From the NCBI GenBank assembly GCA_964016885.1, contig OZ024760.1, positions 26,660,001-26,724,000 of the forward strand: a stretch of DNA of 64,000 nt. Direction: 5' to 3'. This document shows positions 13,161 to 27,680 of this stretch, in pieces. Source of the stretch: Eledone cirrhosa. Its lineage: Eukaryota. The notes below the pieces were generated by a model. It was not told the DNA's origin and did no database searches. It was given only the letters and a program-made list of their open reading frames with translations. How positions within the stretch are numbered: position 1 is the stretch's first letter; each line of letters starts with the position of its first letter. Both the position numbers and the translations under genes were made by a program.

Positions 13161-13231
13161 TTCCATTACCCAAGGTTTCACGAAGTTAGACGATTCTAAC
13201 ACAAACGTCTGATATCGTTCATCAGATGAAA
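13161..13231 (-). ncRNA. Hammerhead ribozyme motif (family of 11963 and 63410)
   Basis: TTTCAT-CTGATGA-ACGA..AGACG/CGTCT..TCGT-GAAA-CC-TTG-GG-TA-ATGGAA. Confidence 0.8.
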
Positions 13232-13406
13232 TCTTTATTATGGATATAAGATATGAAATGAAAATCTATTACAAATGAAAGTGAGACTGGATTAAAAAGA
13301 GCGATAAACACAGATATGTACATATATGTGTCCAAATCGTAAGGGACCAGATTCGCACACTATTCAATCTCTGAGATACTTAGAAGTGAAGTGTTTACTA
13401 ATTTTA

Positions 13407-13482
13407 CACCCACTGATGAGCAAAGGAATTGGTAATTCCCTCACTATAATTGCGAAACAGCATTACCAAAGCTGTCTGGGTG
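13407..13482 (+). ncRNA. Canonical type I hammerhead ribozyme (insert ~13295-13745)
   Basis: CACCCA/TGGGTG stem I, CTGATGA, GCAA/TTGC stem II, GAAA, CAGC/GCTG stem III, GTC cleavage triplet. Confidence 0.9.
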
Positions 13483-13904
13483 TCTGGCAGTTGCCCCAAT
13501 ATCGGTTTGTATTTCTTTTCTTGATTTATTCTTAAATTGAGTCTGGCAAACCCTATTGTCTATAGTTAGTATTTTTTTCACCCTAGCGAACTTGGTCCCT
13601 TACACTTCGAACACATATATGTATTTATCTGTATTTAACTCTCTTTTATATTCAATTGTATTGCACGGCTCAGAAAAACCTCTTTCCTTGAGCTATTTAA
13701 TTGTAAGAGACTATTTTGAGTTTCTAACTCAATATATACCTTTGATATATATATATATAGTTGTTATAGAGTAAGGTGTATTATTGGTTGTGTCATACGG
13801 TCCACTAAAATCTTTGTTAGCAATATTAAGTTCTCCGCGCTTTTGTATATCTCCAATTCCATTTATGGGAACAGCTAGATGATGTAAAACGGAGTATTTG
13901 TATC

Positions 13905-14270
13905 AAAATAAAGATCCGAAGGCATGGTATAAATTTCCAATCATTTTAATCACGACACATGTTTCAATAAGAGATAGATCGATCGTGTAGCCATGATCGA
14001 TTATCACTGATCTCGTCAGATGAAAATGAATTGTCTTCAAATCCTTGATATGAGGGAGAAAATTAGCGCTGTTGACTCACAGAATTTAGTCCCTCATATG
14101 AGGAACTAAACTCCGTTAATTTTCTCCTTCATATCAAGGATTTGAAGACAATTCATTTTCACCTGACGACTTCAGTGATAATCAATCATGGCTACACGAT
14201 CGATCTATCTTTTATTGAAACATGTGTCGTGATTAAAATGATTGGAAATTTATACCATGCCTTCGGATCT

Positions 14271-14277
<7 letters not shown>
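13905..14277. mobile_element. Fold-back insert, ~160-bp arms, hammerhead candidate at 14159-14232 (+)
   Basis: 13905-14065 is the reverse complement of 14117-14277; TCAC-CTGACGA...GAAA-CATGTG-TC-GTGA. Confidence 0.75.
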
Positions 14278-14325
<48 letters not shown>

Positions 14326-14329
<4 letters not shown>

Positions 14330-14509
14330 AGAAAGTATGACCCTGACGGCTATTTCTGGACTAAAGACTTTAGTCCAGAAATAGCCGTCGAAACGGCTTG
14401 AGCTCTGCCGTCGGGGTCATACTTTCTCCTATTACCCACTCTACTACCCTAAGTATTGAGTACTCTGGTGCGTTATGGTCCATCTGGTTCCTTACCACAA
14501 CTCCTGCGT

Positions 14510-14512
<3 letters not shown>
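14326..14512 (+). mobile_element. Family F1 fold-back insert
   Basis: Arms plus tail, (TA)n on both sides. Confidence 0.85.
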
Positions 14513-14540
<28 letters not shown>

Positions 14541-14559
14541 GTGGGGGGTGTATATATCG

Positions 14560-15170
<611 letters not shown>

Positions 15171-15182
15171 AACAAATTCAGA

Positions 15183-15276
15183 CCCCGAGGGCTGAGCTCC
15201 GGTCGTTTCAACAGCTAGATCCGAACTAAAGCGCCGGTATTCGTGAGGCGGGAATCTAGCTGATCTCCTCAGAAGG
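15183..15276 (-). ncRNA. Complete hammerhead of a diverged F1 copy (shows F1 arms are a hammerhead 3' half)
   Basis: CCTT-CTGAGGA-CAGCTAGAT..ATCTAGCTG-GAAA-...-TC-GGGG; F1 consensus stem III is CGGC/GCCG with GTC. Confidence 0.65.
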
Positions 15277-15428
15277 CTTAGTCTATATATGGGCAAACAA
15301 TCTATACAAAAAAGAAACAATCTTTAAAGTTCTTTTGTTTTTTCATATTGCCCACTCTACTACCCTAAGTATTGAGCACTCAGGTGAGATGTGGTCCAAT
15401 TGGTTTTTACCGCTTCCAATCTAATATC

Positions 15429-15530
<102 letters not shown>

Positions 15531-15940
15531 GGTGGGTGGGTGGGTGTGTGCGTGTATGTATGTATAAATATATATATATATAGTATTAGTTATACTATTT
15601 ATATTTCATATATATATATATATATTTATTATAAGAACAGATTAAAGTCTAAGCAAAGAATCGCTGCTTTCACTCTTAACGGGATCTTCTGAAACTATAT
15701 ATATATAATCCTATGGAGCGATCTTCGGGTTTATTATTATTATATATATATATAAAATATAAATATATGAGAGAAGAAGAAGGATATGTATACAGATGGA
15801 ATCATAAGAGAAACCTTATAGTGTTATTTCATACATATATCTTTGTATTTGGTTATTATGGCTCTATAAAAACTCTATTGAGCTTTCTTATTGAGAAACA
15901 CAAAATTCTGACATATTTGATATGTTTTGATTCATTATTT

Positions 15941-16128
15941 GTGGTGGATTGGCAGTATCGGTAGAGGGTGGACTCATGCTTTGACGCATAGAGTTACGGC
16001 CCTTGCCATTCTGAGTTCAAATCCCGCCGAGGTTAACTTTGCCTTTCATCCTTACGGGGTCGATAAAATAAAGTACCAATAATGCACTGGATAATTTGCT
16101 GACCTTGTGCCAAATGTAGAAACAATTA
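15941..16128 (+). mobile_element. SINE S1
   Basis: A and B boxes and core as at 9014; ATTATTTGTG on both flanks. Confidence 0.85.
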
Positions 16129-16225
16129 TTTGTGAATGTATATGTATATATATATATGTATATATATATATATAGAGATAGATAGATAAATATACACGGG
16201 TATGTATGATTGTGTATAGAAGATT

Positions 16226-16594
16226 ATATTAATAAGAGGAATTCCAACTTTGTCTGATTTACTCGTTTTATTTACTATCCTTTAAAATTTATAATGGTAT
16301 TATAATGAAATAGTATGATAGAATATTAAATTCTAAGTGTTAATTGAACAAGTACTTTCATGCTTTCATCTTCAGGTTCATAATGTGTGGTGACAGTCAA
16401 GTTTGCAATTTTCAATTCCAAACTTGACTGTCACCACACATTATGAACATTAAGATTGCGAAAGCATGAAAGTACTTGTTCAATTAACACTTAGAATTTA
16501 ATATTCTATCATACTATTTCATTATAATACCATTATAAATTTTAAAGGATTGTAAATAAAACGAGTAAATCAGACAAAGTTGGAATTCCTCTTA

Positions 16595-16600
<6 letters not shown>
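16226..16600. mobile_element. Fold-back insert, ~180-bp arms; each arm has a partly mutated hammerhead (16345-16380 -, 16444-16482 +)
   Basis: Combined arms give TGAAC-CTGAAGA-TTGC-GAAA-GCAT-GAAA-GTAC-TT-GTTCA; third partial copy at 16907-16958. Confidence 0.75.
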
Positions 16601-16643
<43 letters not shown>

Positions 16644-16650
16644 GTATATA

Positions 16651-16697
<47 letters not shown>

Positions 16698-16956
16698 GTA
16701 TATATATATATGTATATATATATATATGTATATATATATGTATATATATATATATGTATATATATATATGTATATATATATGTATATATATATATATGTA
16801 TATATATATGTACATATATATATATATGTATATATATATGTATATGTATATATATATAAGTATATATATATATGTATATATATATGTATATATATATATA
16901 TATATATATTAATAAGAGGAATTCCAACTTTGTCTAATTTACTCGTTTTATTTACA

Positions 16957-16995
<39 letters not shown>

Positions 16996-17002
16996 TATAT
17001 GT

Positions 17003-17498
17003 ATAAATCAGGAAAGAAGGTTTACATGGTTTGCTATACAAAAAATTTTTACTCACATAGCTAACATTTGTTTCACTGAGCTGGTATGTCTAGAGATCGC
17101 TATCCGCCTAATTTTGCGTTACTCGATCGCCAATACAGAATTATAACCAGTCAGATCTTCGGAGCATGCTCCGAAGATCTGACTGGTTATAATTCTGTAT
17201 TGGCGATCGAGTAACGCAAAATTAGGCGGATAGCGATCTCTAGACATACCAGCTCAGTGAAACAAATGTTAGCTATGTGAGTAAAAATGTTTTGTATAGC
17301 AAACCATGTAAACCTTCTTTCCTGATTTATTATTACTCCAAGTGTTTACAACATAGGAATTACAGCATACCCGCAGCATCACTATGAAAACGCGTTGTTG
17401 AGTCAAACCAAGCCAAGCGTTAATATCATCCACTACCTGGAATACCATAACTGGACTTCACCTAAGTGGACTGCATTTAACTATTATTTGTTAATCCG
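17003..17498 (+). mobile_element. Near-perfect 328-bp palindrome (17003-17330) plus tail; hammerhead 17168-17273 with CCGAAGA core
   Basis: Centre GGAGCA/TGCTCC; single-arm homolog at 56950-57290 (-) has CTGATGA. Confidence 0.8.
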
Positions 17499-17508
17499 TA
17501 TATATATG

Positions 17509-17575
<67 letters not shown>

Positions 17576-17576
17576 G

Positions 17577-17609
<33 letters not shown>

Positions 17610-17917
17610 GTATATATATATATGTATACATATATATGTATATATATATATGTATATATATGTATATATATGTGTGTATATATATGTGTATATATATATG
17701 TATATATGTATATATATGTGTGTATATATATGTGTATATATATATATATATATGTATGTATATATATATATATGTATGTGTATATATATATATGTATGTA
17801 TATATATATATATATGTATGCATATATATATATATGTATGTGTATATATATATATGTATGTATATATATATATATATATATATGTATGCATATATATATA
17901 TATATATATATGTATGC

Positions 17918-17949
<32 letters not shown>

Positions 17950-18094
17950 ATATATATATGTATGTATATATATATGTATATATATATATGTATGTATATA
18001 TATATATGTATGTATATATATATATGTATGTATATATATATATATGTATGTATATATATATATATGTATGTATATATGTATGTATATTTATATG

Positions 18095-19072
18095 TTATCT
18101 CTTTCTCTTAATTTCGAGTATATTTTTTGGTGGCAAGGTTGTAAAAGAAAAGAAATTGTCATCCCTTGAATCGCAAGAATGTTTTGCAAATTTTGAAGGT
18201 GCCAGCTATCGCAGCCATTTTGTAGACTATGAATTAGGGAGCTGCGCTTTTTGTCCGCAAATCCAAGTTCAGTCATACTTTGGTCCAAGCGGGTTGGTAT
18301 TTAACCCGTAGCTCCAATAATGATGGGTATGAAGCTAAAGGTGTATCTTGTATACTGGATTTGTAAACTCCTCATCAATGGTCCGTAGATGTCCTCCTTT
18401 TCCTGTATTTTTCTGACAACGTTTACATCAAGTGGGCAGCTGATCTCCTCAACAGAACACGTTTTCAATGTGTGGTCCCAAACTACAATATCAGGCCGGT
18501 TGTACTTTAATTTGGTAGCAGTTTTTATGTTCAGGCTCCACCAGTATTCCTTAGTGCCATCTGTCTCAATATATTCATCCTCGTTTGTTGTTAATTTTGT
18601 TTTCCGAAGTGCGTTCCAGATGGTTCTAGCTATCCCATCGTGTCTCATGGGAGCGAGATGATATTCTTTCGCAGCTGGCAACAATGTGGCTTACATCCTC
18701 TATCTTTGTTTTACATAGCCTACATTTATTGTCAGCTGCTGGCCCTCCTCTTTTGTGCAGCAGATATTTGGTAGGGAGTTCTTGTTCCTGTATTGCATAG
18801 AGATATCCATCAAGGTGTGATGTCATAAACTTGTCGGAACTCCATGCCAGGCTTTTTGAGTGGTTTATCCCCTCTATGGTCTGTTTTACGTCTCAGTATC
18901 CATGAACAACTTTTTCTGTAAATTGGTCAATTTTTTAATCTTGTTTGAACATTGAATAGGATCTTCCGATTTCTCTGGGTGAGAGATTTATATCAGGCTT
19001 TATTCCATATCTCTCCTCCAGATCAGTCGCTATTCTAATGATATTTTTTTTTCATGCTCATAAACCTGGGTA
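18095..19072 (-). mobile_element. R4/Dong-like (RLE) LINE 3' fragment, frameshifted, between two (TA)-rich tracts
   Basis: AIQEQELPTKY, CRLC..EDVSHIVASC zinc knuckle, RHD, NRPDIVVWD...EISCP...K endonuclease motif, PIIIGATG. Confidence 0.85.
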
Positions 19073-19127
19073 AGATATATGTATATATATATGTATGTAT
19101 ATATATATATGTATATATATATGTATG

Positions 19128-19158
<31 letters not shown>

Positions 19159-19163
19159 GTATG

Positions 19164-19194
<31 letters not shown>

Positions 19195-19199
19195 GTATG

Positions 19200-19236
<37 letters not shown>

Positions 19237-19506
19237 GTATATATATATGTATGTATATATATATATGTATGTATAAAAATATATATGTATGTATATATGT
19301 ATATATATGTATATATATATATATGTATAAAAATATATGTATGTATATATATATATATATATATGTATGTATATATATATATGTATGTATATATGTATGT
19401 ATATATATATATGTATGTATAAAAATATATATGTATATATATATGTATGTATATATATATATGTATGTATATCTATATATGTATATATGTATATATATAT
19501 GTATAC

Positions 19507-22500
19507 TCTTTTACTCTTTTACCTGTTTCAGCTATCCGGCTGAGGCCATGCTGGGGCACCGCCCTTGTTGCTACACATTTTATCTCCAGCCTATATTGGT
19601 TGGCCACTGGTGTAAGAGGGAGTTTGTTGCTGCTGCCCTTAGGTTTCCCTCGTGCCTTGCTGTGGGCTCATCCGCAAATCTCTCAGATCACTCGGCAGCT
19701 TGTTGAAGAATTGAGGGCCTATGAATCCCAGGCTATTGCGATATCTGCTCCTTATTTTAGATGTGGAAGACACACAGTGACGTCCTGTTCGACGCTTGGT
19801 CCAGCTCCCAATGCCAAAGTTTGGTGCTAGTCCCTCCAGGATTTTCCACATGTAGATCACTGCGTATCTCTCCCGTCTTCGTTCCAATGAGTAGAGGTTC
19901 AGTTTTTTTAGCCTTTCTCGGTAGCTTATCTCCTTCATCGTGGCAATCCTCTTGGTGTAGCTTTGCTGGATTGCCTCAAGCTCCGTGGTTAGTTTGACAC
20001 TATGGGGTGACCACAACTGGGAGCAATAGTCCAGGCGGCTTAGGACAAATGTCCTTCATAGTGTCAGCATGGTGTCTTGGTCTCTTGTCCAGAAAGTCCT
20101 CAAGATCCAGCCAGTGAGTCGTCTGCACATTGTTGCCACTTTCATGATGTGTGAGGAAAAAGATGCATCATCGCTCATGTCTATACCCAGGTCTCGTATC
20201 GATTTTGACACGGAGATATCGGTCCCTTCTGGTCCTGCGTAACTGTGTTGTACTGTATTTGTGTTTGCAGGTTCGAATTTTAGGGCTTGGAATTTGCCAG
20301 CATTAATCTGCATGTTGTTTTCTTCCGCCCATTTGTACATGGCATCCAGATCTTGTTGCAAAAAGGGCAACGTCAGCCGGGGTTTTGATTGCCTGTGCTA
20401 CCTTAGTGTCATCAGCATAGCTAGTCAGGGATGTTGTTGTATGTACTACAGAGGGCATGTCTGGGAGAGCCACCAAAAACAGTAGTGGTCCCAGGACTGT
20501 CCCTTGGGGCACGCCACTTGTTATTTATATTTCCTTTGAGAGGGCCCCGTTTGCTGCGACCGTCTGGCTTCTGTGCTTTAAGAAGTCGTGTAGCCACTCA
20601 CCTACTTTTCCAGTTATGCCGAGTCGTTTGTGACATATAATTCCGTGGTCGACCTTGTCAAAGGCCTTCGCAAAGTCAAGATATATCACGTCCTCATGTG
20701 AGCTGTCTAGCAGTTGTTTCAGTACCCAGTCGTAGTGATATAGCAGCTGTGTAAGGCAGCTTCTTCCTAGGTGGAAGCCCTGCTGCGTGCTAGTCAGGCG
20801 GTCATTTTCCTCGAGGAAAGTGATCAGTTTTTTCTAAAGACTCGCTCTATGACCTTACTGATATGCGACGTCAGGGAGACTGGCCTATAGTTTTTGGCCT
20901 CGGCTCTGCTACCTCCTTTATGCATAGGGCATATTGTGCCTTCTTTCAGCTCCCTGGGTAGTATACCGCTAGCCAAGGAGTTTCTGAAGAGCGTCTTCAG
21001 TGGAGTTGCTAAGGCCCGCTTACATGTTTTTAAGAGGACTGGGAATCCATCAGGTCCAGCAGCTGAGTCGGTTCTAATTTCATCTATGGCGTATACCACA
21101 TCCTCCTCCGTTATGTCTATGTGGTTGATGGTCGCCATTTCTTCAAGTAGTGTTGTGGCATCAAAGAACTCCTCTGGCTTTGTTATTTGCATGTGCCTCA
21201 GTGGACATGTGAACACACTTTTGTACTGTTCGTTCAGTATTTCACATATCTCTTGGGGATTCTCGGTTAATGAACCGTCTGTATGGAAGAGTGGCCCAAT
21301 CTTGCAGTGTACCGAGGCAGTTTCTTTTGCAAATTTGAAGAAGGCCTTAGGGTTTGTTTTAATATTTTCTATGGCCCTGTTCTCTTTCTTTGCCCTCTCA
21401 TTTTCATGGGAAAGTTTGAGTGAAATCTCGGTGTCAAGTAGTGCACGTTTCAAATAGGATTCCTTCTTGCTGTGCATTCAACTGGTTTGAGAGCTTGGTT
21501 CTACGTCTCATAAGGATTTTCCTATCTCTGGGTATAATATTTTTGTGTCTGTTTGCCTTTTTCTCCGGGACAAACTTCTTGCATATAGTGTGTATCGTTG
21601 TCATGAAGTGTTGAAATTGTGTGTTGGTGTCTTGTGTGGCGGTGTTTTCGCTCCATATTTGCTTCCGGATTTCTCTCTTAATCTTTTTCCAGTTAACCCT
21701 GTAGAAGTCAAGGCTGGATAACGTCCCGGTGCTTCTTGATTGTTGTGTTTCTGTTGGTTCTCTCGGACCACATAGCATTAGTTCTACTAAGTTATGATCC
21801 GAGAAAATTGTTGGTGTCACCTTTACATTGTGGATGAGCACTTCGTTGTTTGTAAAACAGAGGTCCAGGGCATTTTCGCCTCTTGTTGGGAGGAGCACTG
21901 CTTGTTCCATGAACAGCCTGTGTGTGAGAGCCAGCAGGGATTCCGTCTGTCTCTGTTCTATTGACGTCATTCCAGGGAGGAGGTGGCCCTCAGGCCATTT
22001 GACCTTTGGTAGGTTGAAGTCTCCCAGCAGTAGAACGTTGAGACCCTGGTTCAGTTTGTCAAGGACCTCTTCTATCCTACTGAGGCTATCCTCTAATTTA
22101 CCCACATGACTGGGGGCATCGGGCGGCCGATATGTGACACATATTACTGTCTTTAGTTGCTTCATATGTACTATCAGTGTGTCACAGACTGAGTTTGAAT
22201 TGTCAACAGTACAATTGGTGTGACATCTTCACGGATATACAGAGCAACCCCACCATGAGTTCTCTCCTTCCTGTCCGAACGAAATACAGTATAATTCGCT
22301 GTATGTATTTCTGCTTCTGCTATACTGCTTGTCAGGTGCGTTTCGGTTAGTGCCATGCATAGTGCTTGATTGCTTATGGCTAAGTCTCCCAGGTAGGTAA
22401 TGTTACTCATGTTACTGAGTTTCACCAGGCCTCTGACATTCAGCAGCAGCACTGGTGTGACATTTGGGGTGCCAGTAATGGCTGTCGGTATGACACTTGG

Positions 22501-23157
22501 TCTGGTGTCAGCGGCGGCCACTCTGGGTCCCTTAGCTGTGGTGGTCTCGAGTGCTGGTGTAGGTGACTCTGGCTCTGAAAACGATGCAGCCAGGTCAGCT
22601 GATCCACAATCTTCTCCGCCATCACTAAAACATTTTTCTGCTCTGCTGCTGCCATCTGTATCTCTTCGGCATGTGCGTGCCTTCTCCTTGTTGGCGCGAC
22701 ACGCACGACTTCAGCATACTTCTGTAGCGGCTTGTTTTGGTTTTAGCTGGGGCATGTTGCGCGAGGAGGATGGGCATAGTTCGTTTGGGACCTGGGGTGG
22801 GCGAATCTGCAGCCCATCTCTGTCTCTCCATGCCAGCAGGTCCCGTTCCTGAAGAACTTGCACATTACCTGGGTTTTCTTGCTCCCAGTGTCTCGGTACT
22901 TTTTGTTCTTTCTTTGGACAGTTGTCCACTGGCAACTCTCCGCATGGTTCTCCTCCGGAAAGTGATTTCGCTTCTCACCTTTACCGTTTGCTTGTTGGTT
23001 TCCCGGCCTGCCCTCCCTGGCTGTGGCGGCTGGTATTTCACTTTCTTTCAGGTCCGTGCTTGTGCTTTCTCCCTTTCCCTTCTCTTTTTCCTTTCCTCTC
23101 TCCCCGTTTTTCTCCTCCTTGAGGACACAGTTTCGTTGGCTTTTAATTTCACCTTGT
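19507..23157 (-). mobile_element. CR1/L2-group LINE, 5'-truncated: ORF1 remnant, APE endonuclease, RT, 3' tail (GTAAAAGA)n; several frameshifts
   Basis: LNVRGL, LTETHL, HGGVALY, YRPP, GDFN, LDL, SDH; NYRPVSLTS, PQGTVLGPLLF, YADD, SLERRRERY. Confidence 0.92.
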
Positions 23158-23168
23158 ATATATATATG

Positions 23169-23221
<53 letters not shown>

Positions 23222-23312
23222 ATGTATGTATATATATGTGTATGTATGTATGTATATATATGTGTATGTATGTATTTATGTATATATATATGTATGTATG
23301 AATGTATATATG

Positions 23313-23351
<39 letters not shown>

Positions 23352-23364
23352 ATATATATGTATG

Positions 23365-23397
<33 letters not shown>

Positions 23398-23476
23398 GTA
23401 TATATATGTATGTATGTATATATATATATGTATGTATATATATATATGTATGTATGTATATATGTATGTATGTATG

Positions 23477-23510
<34 letters not shown>

Positions 23511-23516
23511 TGTATG

Positions 23517-24122
23517 TCAGGTCACCAGTTAGTGCTACTGGTAATATGTATCCCAGTACAACCTGTCTCATGGTCGGGTCGTTGGCGACTAAACTGGCTA
23601 CCCCACCAAGGTTTCTTAGTGAGGAGGGTGACTTTGGACATCCTGCAGGACTAAAAACAAAACCTGTCAAAGGGCAAAGGAGCTCTTAAAAGTCAATGGC
23701 CATCCAAAATCACCGGGACAGATGACCCCTTAGCCTTTGTCAAGGCAGAATTCTAGGAGAAGGAAAACTCTGATATAACACCTGCAACCCTGATGGTATC
23801 CAATGATGTTGACTTGTTCTTCTTTTTGGTAAATATCATCTTGGTTAAGGGAGTGGGACTGGCTTTGTGCAGTGCCTTTGCTCACTATAGAAGCTTCACG
23901 GCACAGGCATTGCTTTATATCTGGAGATCTCTCTGCACTTGTCGTCACATGGTACCATGGGCCCAGCACTATGTGTCAATGATTGTCACAGGTGTAGTGT
24001 TTGTACCAGAGTTTTCAAGTCGCTGGCTGGACTAAAAAGTCACACTTGTTCAGCGCATCGGTAGGGGTTCTTCTACATGGATATAAAGTAGTGGCCGTAC
24101 TCGGAAACGACTGGCAGCCACC
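23517..24122 (+). mobile_element. Non-autonomous (bipartite) RTE-derived element
   Basis: RTE-like 5' region joined to a C2H2-finger coding remnant CSVC..F....GLKSH....H (23993-24064); second copy at 58075-58527. Confidence 0.65.
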
Positions 24123-24147
24123 ATATGTATGTATGTATATATATATG

Positions 24148-24224
<77 letters not shown>

Positions 24225-24291
24225 GTATGTATATCTATATATATGTATGTATATATATATATATGTATGTATATATATATATATATGTTAG

Positions 24292-24344
<53 letters not shown>

Positions 24345-24349
24345 GTATG

Positions 24350-24380
<31 letters not shown>

Positions 24381-24442
24381 ATATATATATATATATGTAT
24401 GTATATATATATGTATGTATATATATATATATATGTATGTAT

Positions 24443-24483
<41 letters not shown>

Positions 24484-24491
24484 TATATGTG

Positions 24492-24538
<47 letters not shown>

Positions 24539-24657
24539 GTATGTATATATATATATGTATGTATATGTATATATATATATGTATGTATATATATATATGT
24601 ATGTATATATATATGTATGTATATATATATATGTATGTGTATATATATATATATATG

Positions 24658-24733
<76 letters not shown>

Positions 24734-24735
<2 letters not shown>

Positions 24736-25115
24736 GAAGTTATATTTAATTTGTTGGGATTCCAACAAACTAAAATGTTTATAACTGATATAGAGCACTC
24801 AACAAGTTTACTGGAGTAAATATTCAATATATTAATAAATGGAAACTATATTAATAAAACCATAATTATTTTTTATATATATTTCAAGGGAAACCAAGGC
24901 AATTTTGGTGCGCTTTCATCAAATAAAATACAAAATTTGTTTTATAAACAGTGAGATAACCGTCAAGGTTGTTTTCCACGGTTATGTCACTATTTATAAA
25001 ACAAATTTTGTATTTTATTTGATGAAAGCGCACCAAAATTGCCTTGGTTTCCCTTGAAATATGTATAATAAAATAATTATGGTTTTATAAATATAGTTTC
25101 CATTTATTAATATAT
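24734..25115. mobile_element. Head-to-head PLE-derived insert with decayed hammerhead (TTGATGA) in both arms
   Basis: 24828-24963 is the reverse complement of 24978-25113; hairpin on the minus strand at 24797-24817. Confidence 0.8.
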
Positions 25116-25148
<33 letters not shown>

Positions 25149-25470
25149 GTATATGTATATATATATATGTATATATATTTATATATATGTGTATATATAT
25201 ATGTATATATATTTATATATATTTATATATATGTGTATATATATATATGTATATATATTTATATATATTTATATATATGTGTATATATATATGTATATAT
25301 ATATATATGTATGTATATATATATGTATGTATCTATATAAATATGTATATATATATATATTATATATGTATGTATATATATATATGTATGTATATATATA
25401 TATATATATGTATGTATATATATATATATGTGTGTATGTATATATATATGTATGTATATAGATATATATG

Positions 25471-25513
<43 letters not shown>

Positions 25514-25584
25514 ACATATATATGTATGTATACATATATATGTATGTATATATATATATGTATGTATATAGATATATATGTATG

Positions 25585-25617
<33 letters not shown>

Positions 25618-25899
25618 ATATATATGTATGTATGTATATATATATGTATGTATGTATATATATATGTATGTATGTATATATATATGTATGTATGTATATA
25701 TATGTATATATGTGTATGTTTATATAAATATGTGTATGTATATATATATATGTATGTATATATATATATGTAAGTATATATATATATGTGTGTAAGTATA
25801 TGTGTGTAAGTATATATGTGTATGTATATATATATATATATATGTATATGTATATGTATGTGTGTATATATATATATAGATATAGATAGATAGATAGAT

Positions 25900-26480
25900 A
25901 AAAGAAAGGTGAACACAGATATATACATATATGTGTTCAAATCGTAAGGGACCAGATTCGCTAAGGTGAAAAGAATACTAACTATAGACAATAGGGTTTG
26001 CCAGACTTAATTTAAGAATAAATCAAGAAAATAAATACAAACCGGAATTGGGGTAACTACCAATCACCCAGACAGCTTGGGTAATGCTGTTTCGCAAAAT
26101 TAATTGGGAAGAGGAATTCTTGCTCCTCAGTGGGTGAAATTTAGTATCCTCGTTACTTCTAAGTATATTAAAAAACGGAATAGTGTGCGTATATATAATT
26201 ACGCACACGGTGTCTGAACTTAGCGCGTCTCACAAACTTACACCACTAAAAATAGCAGCCAGGTTTACTTGACATTTGAATTAGCTCAACAAATTAACGG
26301 ACCCGAATATATCAAAGGTATATATTGAGTTAGAAACTCAAAATAGTCTCTTACAATAAAATAGCCCTAGAAGAGAATTTTCTGAGCCGTATATTATAAT
26401 TGAATATAAAAGAAAGGTAAACACAGATATATACATATATGTGTTCAAATCGTATCTGGTCCCTTACGATTTGAACACAC
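25900..26480 (-). mobile_element. PLE-derived insert with canonical hammerhead at 26065-26136 and a direct terminal repeat (25900-25945 = 26408-26453)
   Basis: CACCCA-CTGAGGA-GCAA..TTGC-GAAA-CAGC..GCTG-TC-TGGGTG; homologous to 13295-13745. Confidence 0.85.
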
Positions 26481-26936
26481 ACACACACATATATACATAT
26501 ATATATATATAGAGAGAGAGAGAGAAAAATACTGCAGGTAGCACATGGATAACATGTAATAAAATGAATCCCTCATCAGTGATTTGCCGACGATCATAGA
26601 TATTTCATTGCATTAAAAATCATATACCTCACGTCGGTGCAATAATAACCAAAATAAGTTATTAGGACAATTGAAACGCGTAAAGCGAGTGAGACAGGAG
26701 AACAACAAAGAGTATAGCTAACCGTAGGGGAAAGAAACAAGCTTCAAAAATTATTCTGTTTAGCATAAGCTAGGTGAATATATGAGCGCTTTTAATATAT
26801 ATATATATATATATAAATGTGCGTGTGTGTGTGTGTGTGAAATCTATAGACATATATACACATCTATTCATGTATCTTACGCTCGTCAGACCCCTTACAA
26901 TGGTAATGGAAATTCTTTTCCATTATCATTGTAATG

Positions 26937-27021
26937 GGTCTGACGAGCCGCGGGTTACAGAGTCAGGTCAGATCGATACAGATCAAACCTTGAGCTGATC
27001 AGTGGCGAAACGCGCGTCACC
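26937..27021 (+). ncRNA. Hammerhead ribozyme, preceded by inverted arm 26881-26912
   Basis: GGT-CTGACGA-GCCGC..GTGGC-GAAA-CGCGCG-TC-ACC; palindromic stem III. Confidence 0.85.
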
Positions 27022-27247
27022 AACCATTAAACGTAATGAAGGAGTAACCAATCGTCCTTGTTATTTTATTTCACTCTAATACACTCTGTCTAGCTCTACA
27101 CCTCGACACTGAAGTGGACCTAAATATCGAGTGCTCACCCGGGTGAACCTACAGTAACTCCAAGTTACACTCCCTGGATATACATTAAAGACATTTTTTC
27201 CAATTCCATCCCGCCCGTCCCCTCAATCTATTTTATTTCTTATTCTT

Positions 27248-27283
27248 TCTTCTGATGAAGTACTAGCGTCCGAAACGTTAAGA
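27248..27283 (+). ncRNA. Minimal hammerhead motif, stem II decayed
   Basis: TCTT-CTGATGA...GAAA-CG-TT-AAGA. Confidence 0.55.
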
Positions 27284-27370
27284 CCCCCTTCCTGCTATAT
27301 CAAGCGTTAACCTAATATATACCTTCCATATACTGTACCGATTGTGTTGTTATTTCTGTTTACCTTTTAC

Positions 27371-27402
<32 letters not shown>

Positions 27403-27409
27403 TTATATT

Positions 27410-27516
<107 letters not shown>

Positions 27517-27680
27517 CATACATATCTTCACCTTCATCATCACTATACCATCACTAGCATAATCCGTATCCCCGCCTACTACAAGAATCACCACCACCAT
27601 CACCATGCATACAATTATAGGTATGAGTATATAAATATAAACACGCAAACACAGATACACTTACAAAAATACACACTCAC

